From NCBI GenBank assembly GCA_021826965.1, contig JAKAYA010000008.1, forward strand, positions 3,060-67,059: 64,000 nt of DNA. The letters are read 5' to 3'. The number at the start of each line of letters is the position of its first letter. Position 1 is the stretch's first letter. Positions 37,123 through 46,348 of this stretch are shown here, piece after piece. This stretch comes from Nitrospirota bacterium (GTDB lineage: Bacteria; Nitrospirota; Leptospirillia; Leptospirillales; Leptospirillaceae). A model generated the notes under the pieces. The model was not told the origin of the DNA and searched no databases. It was given only the letters and a program-made list of their open reading frames with translations. The position numbers and the translations under genes are program-made.

Positions 37123-38511
37123 TTAACGGTGAATGGCGTCTCCCGTCACATCCATGGCGGCTTCCCAGAGAGCTTCGCCCACAGTCGGATGAGCGATGAC
37201 GGTTCCTTGAAGAGCCCCCAGACCGTGGGGGATTTCCATCGCCAGACTCCCGAGCGAAACGAGCTCGGACAACCCCGTGCCGACACCCGAGAGCCCCAGA
37301 ACCCTTCCGGAGTCCGGATCGCCGAAGACCCGAACAACCCCTCTTTTTTCCCCGTGGATGAGCGATCGACCATTGCCCAAAAGAGGGTATTCGCCCTGCC
37401 GGACGGGAATGCCTGACAAACGGGCCTCTCGCGCAGAAATCCCGACGGACACCACTTCCGGGTGTGAGTATACAACACGCGGAACCCGCAGGGGATCGAA
37501 TGGCGCCGGATTTTTTCCCGCCATTTTTTCAACGGCCACAATGGCCTGATGGCTGGCGGCGTGAGCCAGCATCAGCCCTCCCGTAACGTCCCCGGCGGCA
37601 AAAATTCCGGAGACTCCTGTCCACCCAAAACGATCGACTTTGAGGAATCCGCGATCCACCGGCAACCCCGAAAGCTTGTCTCCGAAAGCCGGAAGGCGTG
37701 CCTCCCGACCGATGGCGATCAGAACCCGGTCAAAGATCAGTTCCTCCGACAAGGCACCCCGAACGCAAGCGACTTTCACCCCATCCTGCAAGACCTCGAT
37801 CTTCCCGATCGAACTTCCGGTCCTGACGTCCATTCCCCGGCGCTCGTATTCCTTCCGGAGAATCGCCAGAAGATCCGGATCCTCCGACGGAACGAGCTGG
37901 TCCTCCTTTTCGAGCAGGGTCACTTGCGCCCCGAAGGACTGGAAAATGTCGGCAAACTCCACGCCGACGACCCCTCCGCCAACAATACCGATACGGTTTC
38001 CGGACGGTGCCAGAGCCAACGCATCCGTACTGTCCAGAACCCGCGCCCGGTCAAAGGGCAGTCCGGGCCAAGGACGAGGACAGGAACCTGTCGCCACCAG
38101 GACGTGGCGGGTCCGGATGCGCCGTTCCTCTTCTCCCGAAACATGGATCTCTTCGGGAGAGACCAGTCGCCCCGTCCCGGAAAAGAGGGCGATCCTGTTT
38201 TTGCGAAGCAACGCCTGAACGCCCAGAAAGAGACGGTTGACGACCGTTTCCCGGTGACGGGACAAAACTGTCCAGTTCACCACCGGGGTTCCGACCGAAA
38301 CACCAAACCCGTCCGACCGGGCCGCCTGCGAAACGAAGCCGGCCGCTTCCAGCAGAACCTTCGTCGGAATACACCCTTCGTGAAGGCAGGTCCCCCCGAC
38401 CTTGCCTGATTCGACCAGAGCGACTCTCATCCCCAGACGCGCCGCCCGGATGGCTCCGACATAACCGGCAGGGCCTCCTCCCAACACGACAAGATCAAAC
38501 AATTCGTCCAT
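37123..38511 (-). CDS. lpdA: dihydrolipoyl dehydrogenase
   Basis: GGGPAG, GGTCLHEGCIPTK, GGGVVGVE, AHPTVGE. Confidence 0.92.
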   Translation of the reverse strand: MDELFDLVVLGGGPAGYVGAIRAARLGMRVALVESGKVGGTCLHEGCIPTKVLLEAAGFVSQAARSDGFGVSVGTPVVNWTVLSRHRETVVNRLFLGVQALLRKNRIALFSGTGRLVSPEEIHVSGEEERRIRTRHVLVATGSCPRPWPGLPFDRARVLDSTDALALAPSGNRIGIVGGGVVGVEFADIFQSFGAQVTLLEKEDQLVPSEDPDLLAILRKEYERRGMDVRTGSSIGKIEVLQDGVKVACVRGALSEELIFDRVLIAIGREARLPAFGDKLSGLPVDRGFLKVDRFGWTGVSGIFAAGDVTGGLMLAHAASHQAIVAVEKMAGKNPAPFDPLRVPRVVYSHPEVVSVGISAREARLSGIPVRQGEYPLLGNGRSLIHGEKRGVVRVFGDPDSGRVLGLSGVGTGLSELVSLGSLAMEIPHGLGALQGTVIAHPTVGEALWEAAMDVTGDAIHR

Positions 38512-38561
38512 CGTTTCCTTTCGCGTTTGCTGTAAAAGTACGGTCGCTTTCTTGACCCGCC

Positions 38562-38590
38562 TTGACTTTGAGGCCCCTTTTTCCTATAGT
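38562..38590 (+). promoter_or_regulatory. sigma70 promoter for tRNA-fMet
   Basis: TTGACT (38562-38567), 17 nt, TATAGT (38585-38590). Confidence 0.7.
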
Positions 38591-38595
38591 TTTGG

Positions 38596-38672
<77 letters not shown>

Positions 38673-39045
38673 ATTTCGTACTTCTTCCGCACTTTTCCCA
38701 AGGCATTTTCGTTTTCGATTCCGTTTTCCATTCTCCTTGGTTCCTGTTTTTCAATCCTGACAAACGGTCTTTCGTTTCCGCTTCCCTCTGTCAACGGGTT
38801 CGAAAAATGAGGCAATTTCCGGTAACGGAACCTGCGAAGGGGATTCCTGTCCGAAAAGTCGATGGGATTATATCAGATCAGTCGAAGATGGAAGAAAACA
38901 AATGCGTTGAGGAATCGCAAAGACGGGACTCAAGAGGGGTCGGTCTTTTCCGGAAAACGCCGCCAATGTGGATTTCTCTCTAACCGGTACCTTGCCGCCC
39001 ATCCCCGGCCGGTGAAGACCCGCCGGCCGGGAAGACGGTCTTCCT

Positions 39046-41223
39046 TCAGTTCAGAACGGCAACAATCCCGTAATTGCAAGGCGTTCCCGATGAACAGGAC
39101 AGGATCGTATTGTTTGAAAATGAGAGTCCTGTCGAAATCCCCGAAGAAGAAAATCCCCCGCTTCCATAGGGGACCCCCGTTATCTGCGTCACCACGGAAC
39201 CACCGCTTTGACCGGAAGATCCGGACAGTGCAAACACGATATGGTTCACCGGATCCAAGACCAGAGACTGGCCACTCCCTTGGTTGGCGGGAAGGGAAAT
39301 GGAGTTTAGTGCGGTCGAAAACGATCCGCCCGCCGTGAAAGGGTAGGGGGTGATGGAAAGACTGGAGGACGCATATTGCGGAACAAAGAAAAGGTGATCG
39401 GTCAGGTCGGCCGACTGATTGTAATTGTCGGGATTGTTCACTGGATAGACACAGGTTCCGACAGGTTCACTTGAGGGATTTGAGGCGTTTAAAAACGACC
39501 CGTTGCTTTTGTCATAAATCAAAATGAACGTTGTGGTCGCAGTCGACGTGCAATTATCGGGCAGACTGCTCGTATAAAGAATAAGCCCGTCAGAAGAATC
39601 GATGTCGAATGGCGACGAATAGGTGACGGGATTTGGGAACGTCGAGCAGTTGGAAATGGTTGCGTTTCCGCCACTGACTGTGAAGCTGCAGGCCCCCTCT
39701 ACCGTATAGACCGGGCTGCTGGTCCCCACCTGAATATTTGCTCCGTACCAGATGAGGTTGTTCGTAAAATCCGCTCCGGTGACCGATGCCCCGGACGGAA
39801 ACGCCGAGAATCCTGCAAAGGATCCCGCTGTGAACTGACCGGTCGCATTGTAAGTGAATGCCCAACCGGTCGATCCCCGCGATCCACCGACAATGAACTG
39901 GTGCAGAGGATCAAACCCGAATCCCTGCCCGTTTTCGTTTCCCGTCTCGGAGGAATAGGTGATTTGTCCCGTGGTGGGCGAAACTTCATAACTGCAGACA
40001 TCGACAGTGCTGCTGGAAGTATCGAAAGCGAGAAAAAGAAGGTGGTTCGCACGATCGTAATTTTCCGAGTCCGGATTTCCGGCGCACCCTGAACTTGAAG
40101 CTGTCGGAGGAATAGAAAAAAGAGATGGATTGCTGCCGTTTGTAACGCTGCCGCTGGCGGTGTATGTGAATCCCGCAAGTTGCGTCCCTCCCGCCGACGG
40201 AGACGTCGCAACAACAAGAGTTCCCACGATCGCCCCCCCGCCGGACCCTCCACCGGAACCCCCACCCGAGCCTCCACCCGATCCGGACCCGGATGAAGCT
40301 GCAGGAAGATTGCTGGCGGTGTTGAGGGAGGTCAGAGAACCACCGGAAGAAATGGATGTCGGCGTGTTGGCAAGATTCACCAGGTCTGCCTGATTTGCTG
40401 GAGAAATATTCCCCAGTTGTGTGATAAGGCTGGAAAAACTCATCAAGGTGTTGGAAGGATTGATTGACGGCACGGTCGTGGCGTTTTTCAGGGTCTGGCA
40501 ATCCGAAAATCCGGAAGAACTGTCCTCCACGCAGGTCGCCAGAATATTCGCCATATGTGTCAGCTGTGACGATGAAGCAGACGGCAGAGTCCCCTGAAGG
40601 GCTCCGGTCTGCAAGTTGACGTAATTGATCAGGATGTTCTGGTCGGATACGAGGACGGAAGAATCTCCCGCAATCGATGGAAAACCGGAGGATGAAAAAA
40701 AGTGCGGATTTGACGACAGGAAGAGGTAAGACGAGACTACCGTCGTGAATTCGTTGACGACGACCTTTGAGGGAATATTGCCGGCTTCTCCGACCGTCGA
40801 CATCAGCAGGATGTTCGGATTCGTGGTTCCGTTCACGGAACCACCAGAAGCGACTACATAAAGAAACGCAGAGGACGGAACCCGAATATTGGAAGACAGG
40901 GAGTACGACCCATCCGCCCCTGTCTGAACGGCTTGACTGATCTGAATCGCCGAATTTCCGATACCTTGCGCCTCCCAAAGGGAGACGCTCGACGAGGAAA
41001 TCGCACCGCCATTTCCTCCAAGGACAGAGCCAGACACAGTGACCGTCGCCCCGGAGACTCCTCCTCCTCCGCCGCCGCCTCCCCCGCAGGCGCCGAGAAA
41101 AGAGAAAACCAGGGCAAGGACGAGAAGATTCGTCCGTTTGATGAACGTCGAAAGACAATCTCTGACTTGCGAATTTTGAACGCAATACGACTTTCTGTCA
41201 TTATAGAAAACAGGGGGTTTCAT
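39046..41223 (-). CDS. large Ser/Gly/Thr-rich surface lipoprotein, probably with a C-terminal beta-propeller
   Basis: lipobox FLGAC followed by poly-Gly, (GGGS)n linker, repeated D-x-x-N/H-H-L-L-F blades; AAGGAG RBS. Confidence 0.7.
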   Translation of the reverse strand: MKPPVFYNDRKSYCVQNSQVRDCLSTFIKRTNLLVLALVFSFLGACGGGGGGGGGVSGATVTVSGSVLGGNGGAISSSSVSLWEAQGIGNSAIQISQAVQTGADGSYSLSSNIRVPSSAFLYVVASGGSVNGTTNPNILLMSTVGEAGNIPSKVVVNEFTTVVSSYLFLSSNPHFFSSSGFPSIAGDSSVLVSDQNILINYVNLQTGALQGTLPSASSSQLTHMANILATCVEDSSSGFSDCQTLKNATTVPSINPSNTLMSFSSLITQLGNISPANQADLVNLANTPTSISSGGSLTSLNTASNLPAASSGSGSGGGSGGGSGGGSGGGAIVGTLVVATSPSAGGTQLAGFTYTASGSVTNGSNPSLFSIPPTASSSGCAGNPDSENYDRANHLLFLAFDTSSSTVDVCSYEVSPTTGQITYSSETGNENGQGFGFDPLHQFIVGGSRGSTGWAFTYNATGQFTAGSFAGFSAFPSGASVTGADFTNNLIWYGANIQVGTSSPVYTVEGACSFTVSGGNATISNCSTFPNPVTYSSPFDIDSSDGLILYTSSLPDNCTSTATTTFILIYDKSNGSFLNASNPSSEPVGTCVYPVNNPDNYNQSADLTDHLFFVPQYASSSLSITPYPFTAGGSFSTALNSISLPANQGSGQSLVLDPVNHIVFALSGSSGQSGGSVVTQITGVPYGSGGFSSSGISTGLSFSNNTILSCSSGTPCNYGIVAVLN

Positions 41224-41252
41224 TGCCGGAACTCCTTTTTTCAATTGTCGGG

Positions 41253-41280
41253 GGGCCGCTCTGCCAAGCGGCCCTTTTTT
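41253..41280 (+). terminator. intrinsic terminator-like hairpin
   Basis: GGGCCGCT-CTGCCA-AGCGGCCC followed by T6. Confidence 0.5.
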
Positions 41281-41406
41281 ATATTTCGTTTTTTTCGCTT
41301 TCGGTAGCCGCGTCTTCGGAAAAGACTGCTGTGGGGTCCCTGATCCGCAACCGTCGGAAACCTCTTCCGTCCACGATTTTCTCCCTGCCTTTCAATACGT
41401 TGCCGG

Positions 41407-42015
41407 TCAGTTCTTCAGCGGTGTTTTCGATTGAACAGCCTTCTTGAGGTTGTCGAAAAAACCCGCATAAAACTCCGGATTCTCGACCGTTCCCCGGTGC
41501 GTCACCACCGACGTATATTCGGAGCCGACCGGAAACAGGGGAATCAGCCAGAGCAGATGCCACCAGACGTATTGCTTCCGATGGAACTCCGTCGTCTGGT
41601 TTGCGGCGAGACTGACCTGCGTGATGTTCTGTCCCAGCGGGACCAACGTCACGGTCGACGTGATCTGATAGGAAACATTCTTGTCGTTCTGGTCCGCCAT
41701 CTCCCGGTCGGCCAGAATGACATCGTTACTCTTGTCCGCCGACCGGACCATGAATCCCTGCTGGGAAAGAACCTGCAAAGAAGCGATCCAGGTCTTTTCC
41801 GGAGAGCTCGCAATCGATTCGGTGTTTCCTTCGATTTGCTGGGACGAATCGAACGCCTGACGATAGGACGGTTCGGAGGCGCAACCCGCTGACAACAAGC
41901 TCCCTGCCACAAAAATCACCACAACGAAGAAGGGCATCCGCGTTCCCGGACCAGCGCTTTCCTCCGGAACGGATTCCCCCAAAGCGCTTTTCTCCATGTC
42001 TTTGCCGATCTTCAT
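41407..42015 (-). CDS. putative lipoprotein, DUF2242-like
   Basis: LLSAGC lipobox, LSQQGF, C-terminal FYAGFFDNL. Confidence 0.6.
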   Translation of the reverse strand: MKIGKDMEKSALGESVPEESAGPGTRMPFFVVVIFVAGSLLSAGCASEPSYRQAFDSSQQIEGNTESIASSPEKTWIASLQVLSQQGFMVRSADKSNDVILADREMADQNDKNVSYQITSTVTLVPLGQNITQVSLAANQTTEFHRKQYVWWHLLWLIPLFPVGSEYTSVVTHRGTVENPEFYAGFFDNLKKAVQSKTPLKN

Positions 42016-42638
42016 TTCACCCTCCCGTGTCAGTTTTTTTTACAATAATTCATGGTTTTAAGAGAAAACAGCCCGATCTGCCTAGAGGGTAGCCCCGGAT
42101 TGGCCTCCTGTCCATCCATCGAAAGTAGGGGATTGTGTTTTTTGACTTTTCAGGTACTTTTGAACCATAGAGAGTTTCCTCGGCACATGAAGACATCGGT
42201 TTGCCGATCTCCAGAGCGTTGGCGTCCGGTTCTTTCAGGAAAGATTGCAATGAATAGCCCGTCGTTTTTCACACCACGCAGTGCTTCCCTCCTCCGGTCA
42301 ATGAGAGGATATCCCGGGCCTTATTCTTCGAACGTCATTCCGTGTTGCGTGCGGAAGGACCGGGATTTTCGCTCATTGTCCCCTTTCCTTTTTTCCAGTC
42401 GGCACAAAATTCATGACTTTTTGAACAAATCCGACATTTTCCGCAGCTTTTCCGTCCCGAAAAAACGTGACGAAAAAGCGCGCAAATAAGGATTGAGCGG
42501 AAACATTATCGGGGATAAAACTGTTCGGGAAGATTCTTGGAGGAGGGGGACGACATGTTCTTTCCGGGAACAGTTGTTCCGCCAGACAATCCGACGGGGT
42601 GGGGGGAGCCTTCGAAAGAATTCTGAAGGAATCGGAAC

Positions 42639-43721
42639 ATGACGGGGAATCTCATGCTGACGCATAAGGACGTTTCGCGGATTCTCGACTTTATTGCCTT
42701 TCTCAAGGAAACGGAAAAAGTCGGTTCCGTTTTCTCGCGGTTATGTCGGGAATTGCAACCGTTGCTCGGTTTCTCGTCCGCCGGATTTATTCCGTTCGAC
42801 CCCAAAAGCTTGGCCATTCTCGCTGCCGGTTATCTGTCCTACAACTGTAACGAACAATTGTTCCTTCAGTACATTCTCCACTATTCGGAAGAAGATCCGT
42901 TCATCTCCACCGGCTGGTACAAGGATAACCGGACGAACGTCGCCCTTCTGTCAGATTTCATTCCGGAAGATACCCTGGTTCATTCCCGTTTCGCAAAAGA
43001 GTTTCTCTCCCAAGTCCCCATGCTGTATTGCATGCGGATCAAAATCTTCCGCCAGGGTGAATTCCGAGGACTTCTTTCGCTTCATCGGACGAGCGAACTG
43101 GGAGACTACACGACTCGGGAGATCAGTCTTTCCGAAGTCCTGTTTCCCTATCTCGGACAATTTCTCCTCCCAGAACCCTGCGTCCGGGAGACGGATCCCT
43201 TTTCCGTCACCGATCATGGCGTTGTTATCCTGACCGGAGACCACCAAATCCTTTATGCCAATGAAATCGGTCATCGAGTCTTCCAGGAAATACGAGAGGA
43301 TTCCCCGGAGGACCTGTTGAAAAAACAGACGCCGATCTTCGTTCAGACATCCAAAGGGCCTTTTCGGCTGCGAACGTTTCCGTTGAGTTTTCATTTTTCC
43401 GAGACCCTTCCGGTGGACATCCGGAATTGTCGGAGACGACAGGACAAGGAAAAGATCCGTGTCCTCTTTCTGGAGCCCCTCTCCCTTTTGCCGTCCTCCA
43501 AAGAAAAAAATACCGGCCTTCTCTCTCCCAAACAGAAGGAAGTCACCCGGAAAGTCCTCCAGGGGTATTCCAACAGAAGGATAGCCGAGACACTGGGCAT
43601 CACCGAGCAAACCGTCAAGGATCACCTCCATGCCATTTTCGAAAAATTCCGGCTCAAAAACCGTTGGGAACTGATCGTCTTTCTCGGAGGGAAACCGGAG
43701 GGAGAAAAACAGGAAGAATGA
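42639..43721 (+). CDS. LuxR-family HTH regulator with GAF/PAS-like sensor region
   Basis: LSPKQKEV..GYSNRRIAETLGITEQTVKDHLHAIFEKF. Confidence 0.88.
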   Translation: MTGNLMLTHKDVSRILDFIAFLKETEKVGSVFSRLCRELQPLLGFSSAGFIPFDPKSLAILAAGYLSYNCNEQLFLQYILHYSEEDPFISTGWYKDNRTNVALLSDFIPEDTLVHSRFAKEFLSQVPMLYCMRIKIFRQGEFRGLLSLHRTSELGDYTTREISLSEVLFPYLGQFLLPEPCVRETDPFSVTDHGVVILTGDHQILYANEIGHRVFQEIREDSPEDLLKKQTPIFVQTSKGPFRLRTFPLSFHFSETLPVDIRNCRRRQDKEKIRVLFLEPLSLLPSSKEKNTGLLSPKQKEVTRKVLQGYSNRRIAETLGITEQTVKDHLHAIFEKFRLKNRWELIVFLGGKPEGEKQEE

Positions 43722-43730
43722 GACTGGCGG

Positions 43731-44459
43731 TCAGGAAGGAATTGGCTTTCCGGACGATTGCCCGGAATCCCGGATCCCCGAAAGAAGACGGCACATCATG
43801 TCCAGAGTCAGAAGACCGGTCTGAGTATTTCTCTGGCTTGGGTGGTAGGAGATGAACAGTCGCGGATAGGGGCCGGGAAAGCGGACGTCCGTTCCATGCA
43901 CGAATGCCGGCATCTTCCGGAACACCGCAGGGTTTTCTTCCCGCATGAGGCAGATCCATTCCCGAAGGGCCAGTGCACCGAGAACCAGAACAGACCGGAC
44001 AGCGGGCAATTGCCGGGTTTCCCTCCGAAGGAACGGGCGGCATCGTAAAAACTCTTCCGGGGTCGGCCTGTTGTCGGGAGGAGCGCACCGTACCGCGGCG
44101 GAGATCCAGACCCCGAAAAGCTTCTGTCCGTCCTCCCGGCCCCAGACGAACGGGTAACGGGCCCATCCCGTCTCATAGAGGCTCCGGTAAAGGAAGTCTC
44201 CCGAACGGTCCCCGGTAAAGACACGTCCCGTACGATTTCCACCATGGGCTGCCGGCGCGAGTCCAATGATCCACAAAGAGGCGTCCGGATCGCCAAACCC
44301 CGGGACCGGCCGGCCCCAGTAAGTCTCTTCCCGGTAGGCAGCCCTCTTGCCCCGGGCGGCTTCTTCCCGCCATCGAACGAGCCGGTCGCATAGCCGGCAC
44401 GCCGCAATTTCTTCGGAGAGCCGGTGGAGAGAATCCTTTTCGGCCGTTATTTTTTCCAC
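43731..44459 (-). CDS. udgB: uracil-DNA glycosylase family 5 (Fe-S)
   Basis: CRLC, GLAPAAHGGNRTGRVFTGD, YHPSQRN. Confidence 0.9.
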   Translation of the reverse strand: MEKITAEKDSLHRLSEEIAACRLCDRLVRWREEAARGKRAAYREETYWGRPVPGFGDPDASLWIIGLAPAAHGGNRTGRVFTGDRSGDFLYRSLYETGWARYPFVWGREDGQKLFGVWISAAVRCAPPDNRPTPEEFLRCRPFLRRETRQLPAVRSVLVLGALALREWICLMREENPAVFRKMPAFVHGTDVRFPGPYPRLFISYHPSQRNTQTGLLTLDMMCRLLSGIRDSGQSSGKPIPS

Positions 44460-44647
44460 CAGTCGAGATTGCCCGTCAGGATATATTTCCGGAACAGATC
44501 GAACAGGATGAACCCAAGAAATCCGAACTCCAGGATCGTGAATATCCGGAAAAGGATCGTCATGATCCGTGAACGCTTCGGGCTCATATCCTCCGGGGGG
44601 GCTTCCGCCGGATCCTTGTCCTCGTGTATATCTTGCAGATCCATCAT
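44447..44647 (-). CDS. small single-TM protein
   Basis: GGAGG RBS; hydrophobic IFTILEFGFLGFILF. Confidence 0.55.
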   Translation of the reverse strand: MMDLQDIHEDKDPAEAPPEDMSPKRSRIMTILFRIFTILEFGFLGFILFDLFRKYILTGNLDWWKK

Positions 44648-44666
44648 GACGCGGCGCTCCCTCCGT

Positions 44667-45860
44667 TCAGTGTTCAGGCTCCATGATTCCGAAGAGGTTC
44701 TGATCGACAGAGCCGATCCAGTAAGTCCGATTGTTGGAATCGGGCAAAAGAACCAGGGTCATTGCCCTGTGGTTGAACTCCATTGCCAGGTCCACTTCAC
44801 CCGGCAACCGGAAGCGTGTCTGTGAACCGGTTCTGTAATGACCAAAATAACGGAACGGATCCAGCACGGAACCCGCCTGGTTCATCTGTCCTTTAATGGA
44901 AAAATCCTTCGTTTTCCGGTCGAAACGGATTTCTCCCTCCATCGCGACAGGTCCGTCCACCAGAAGTCCCCCTCCCAGTGCGAAACGATATTTTTTTCCC
45001 GGATAATGATAGAGGGAAACCACGCGGGGGATCAAAACACCTAAACCCCGGATCTTACGGTTCCGTACGACAAAAAGGCCATCTTCCCCATCCCCTGTCG
45101 CATGCAGGTGAAACGGCTTGTCCTGAATCCAGAGGTCCAGAAAAAGCCGGTTTTGGAAATCCGGAGGGTCGACTCCCCGGAGGGCCCGGTTTCTTTGGGG
45201 GATCCCGTTGAACAGGATCACCGGTTCGCGCACGCTTCGGCCCCGTCTCACGAACGGCACCGGACCCACGATTTCGACTGATTCGTTCAAGAGGGTCCGG
45301 TATCCGGTAAACAGAATCGTCCTCGGGATCCAGGGAGAATGCCTCCCGAAACCTCCCGCATCGAGGATGAACAGAGCGGGCTCGATCACGGAGGAGTCGG
45401 AAGTGGCCGCAAAAACGGCTCTTTCAATTTCGCAGGTCGAGAGGTCCCGAAAGAGAACGAATCCCGTCAGGGGAACAACGGCTGTCCCTCCTTCCCCGTC
45501 CGGATGAGTATACCGGGCGGAAAAAGGAACGATCGCCTGCCCCTGGTTCTGGTTGAAGCCGGGAGGCCAGGCCGTCTGGATTGAAAGTGTCCGGCTTTTT
45601 CCATTCGGCCAGCGGAAGGACGCATCGAGATAACGGGGAGTGCAGGTCCGAACCTTCAGGATTCCCCGTCCGGACCGGTCAGCGCTCATCATCGAGATGG
45701 AAGTGAGATCGGCCGACCGGTCCGGAATGAGCGGAAGAAGCTTGATGGACTGACAGCTCGCCGCCAACAGAAACAAACAGCTTGCAAGTAATGTCCGGAA
45801 AAAACGCCGGAAAAAGGGGATACGCGTATCGAAAAAGGGCACGAACTTCTGGATGGTCAC
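44667..45860 (-). CDS. hypothetical lipoprotein
   Basis: LLAASC lipobox; long ORF in the co-oriented cluster. Confidence 0.6.
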   Translation of the reverse strand: MTIQKFVPFFDTRIPFFRRFFRTLLASCLFLLAASCQSIKLLPLIPDRSADLTSISMMSADRSGRGILKVRTCTPRYLDASFRWPNGKSRTLSIQTAWPPGFNQNQGQAIVPFSARYTHPDGEGGTAVVPLTGFVLFRDLSTCEIERAVFAATSDSSVIEPALFILDAGGFGRHSPWIPRTILFTGYRTLLNESVEIVGPVPFVRRGRSVREPVILFNGIPQRNRALRGVDPPDFQNRLFLDLWIQDKPFHLHATGDGEDGLFVVRNRKIRGLGVLIPRVVSLYHYPGKKYRFALGGGLLVDGPVAMEGEIRFDRKTKDFSIKGQMNQAGSVLDPFRYFGHYRTGSQTRFRLPGEVDLAMEFNHRAMTLVLLPDSNNRTYWIGSVDQNLFGIMEPEH

Positions 45861-45996
45861 GGAAACTCTTGTACGATAAGCACCATTATGTCAGAATGAC
45901 TCCCGGTCGGATACCGGGGGAGGATGTTCCACCTTAGCGGACCGGACCTCTCCCCGAGTCAGATATCACTCTATACTGCGAAGGATGCGTGGATTG

Positions 45997-46347
45997 ATGC
46001 CGGAAAAAAAAATCATTTTCAAAACGGTCCTCGCAAGCATGATCGGCCTGGGCTTGACGGGTTGTGCCGAAACCAGTTCGCTGATGGGCAATCATCTGAA
46101 TGCGGCTCAGCGGTACAGGGCGTCTGCCAAGCAGGCGGAAAAAACCGCAAACGAACAAAGTGTCATCTTAAACCATCTTTCCGCGGCACACAAATATGCC
46201 CAGGCGGGGCTGACAAGGTTGCGATCGGCTTCTGAATACGGAGACCTGGGAAACCCGTCCCAGGCTTCCAACGAATACCATAAAGCTTCCGACGACTTCA
46301 CCCATGCCTCCGTCGAAAGCCAGAAAGCCATCGGAGCCGGCCAGTAA
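45997..46347 (+). CDS. small helical lipoprotein
   Basis: LTGC lipobox; internal repeat NHLNAAQRY / NHLSAAHKY. Confidence 0.65.
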   Translation: MPEKKIIFKTVLASMIGLGLTGCAETSSLMGNHLNAAQRYRASAKQAEKTANEQSVILNHLSAAHKYAQAGLTRLRSASEYGDLGNPSQASNEYHKASDDFTHASVESQKAIGAGQ

Positions 46348-46348
46348 T

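Noticed and set aside
40230-40295. Periodic 12-bp GC-rich repeats as a CRISPR or VNTR
   Set aside because: They are synonymous-varied codons for a Gly-Ser linker, with no spacers and no cas genes
38673-43721. Integrative element or prophage at tRNA-fMet
   Set aside because: No integrase and no duplicated tRNA 3' end found by eye
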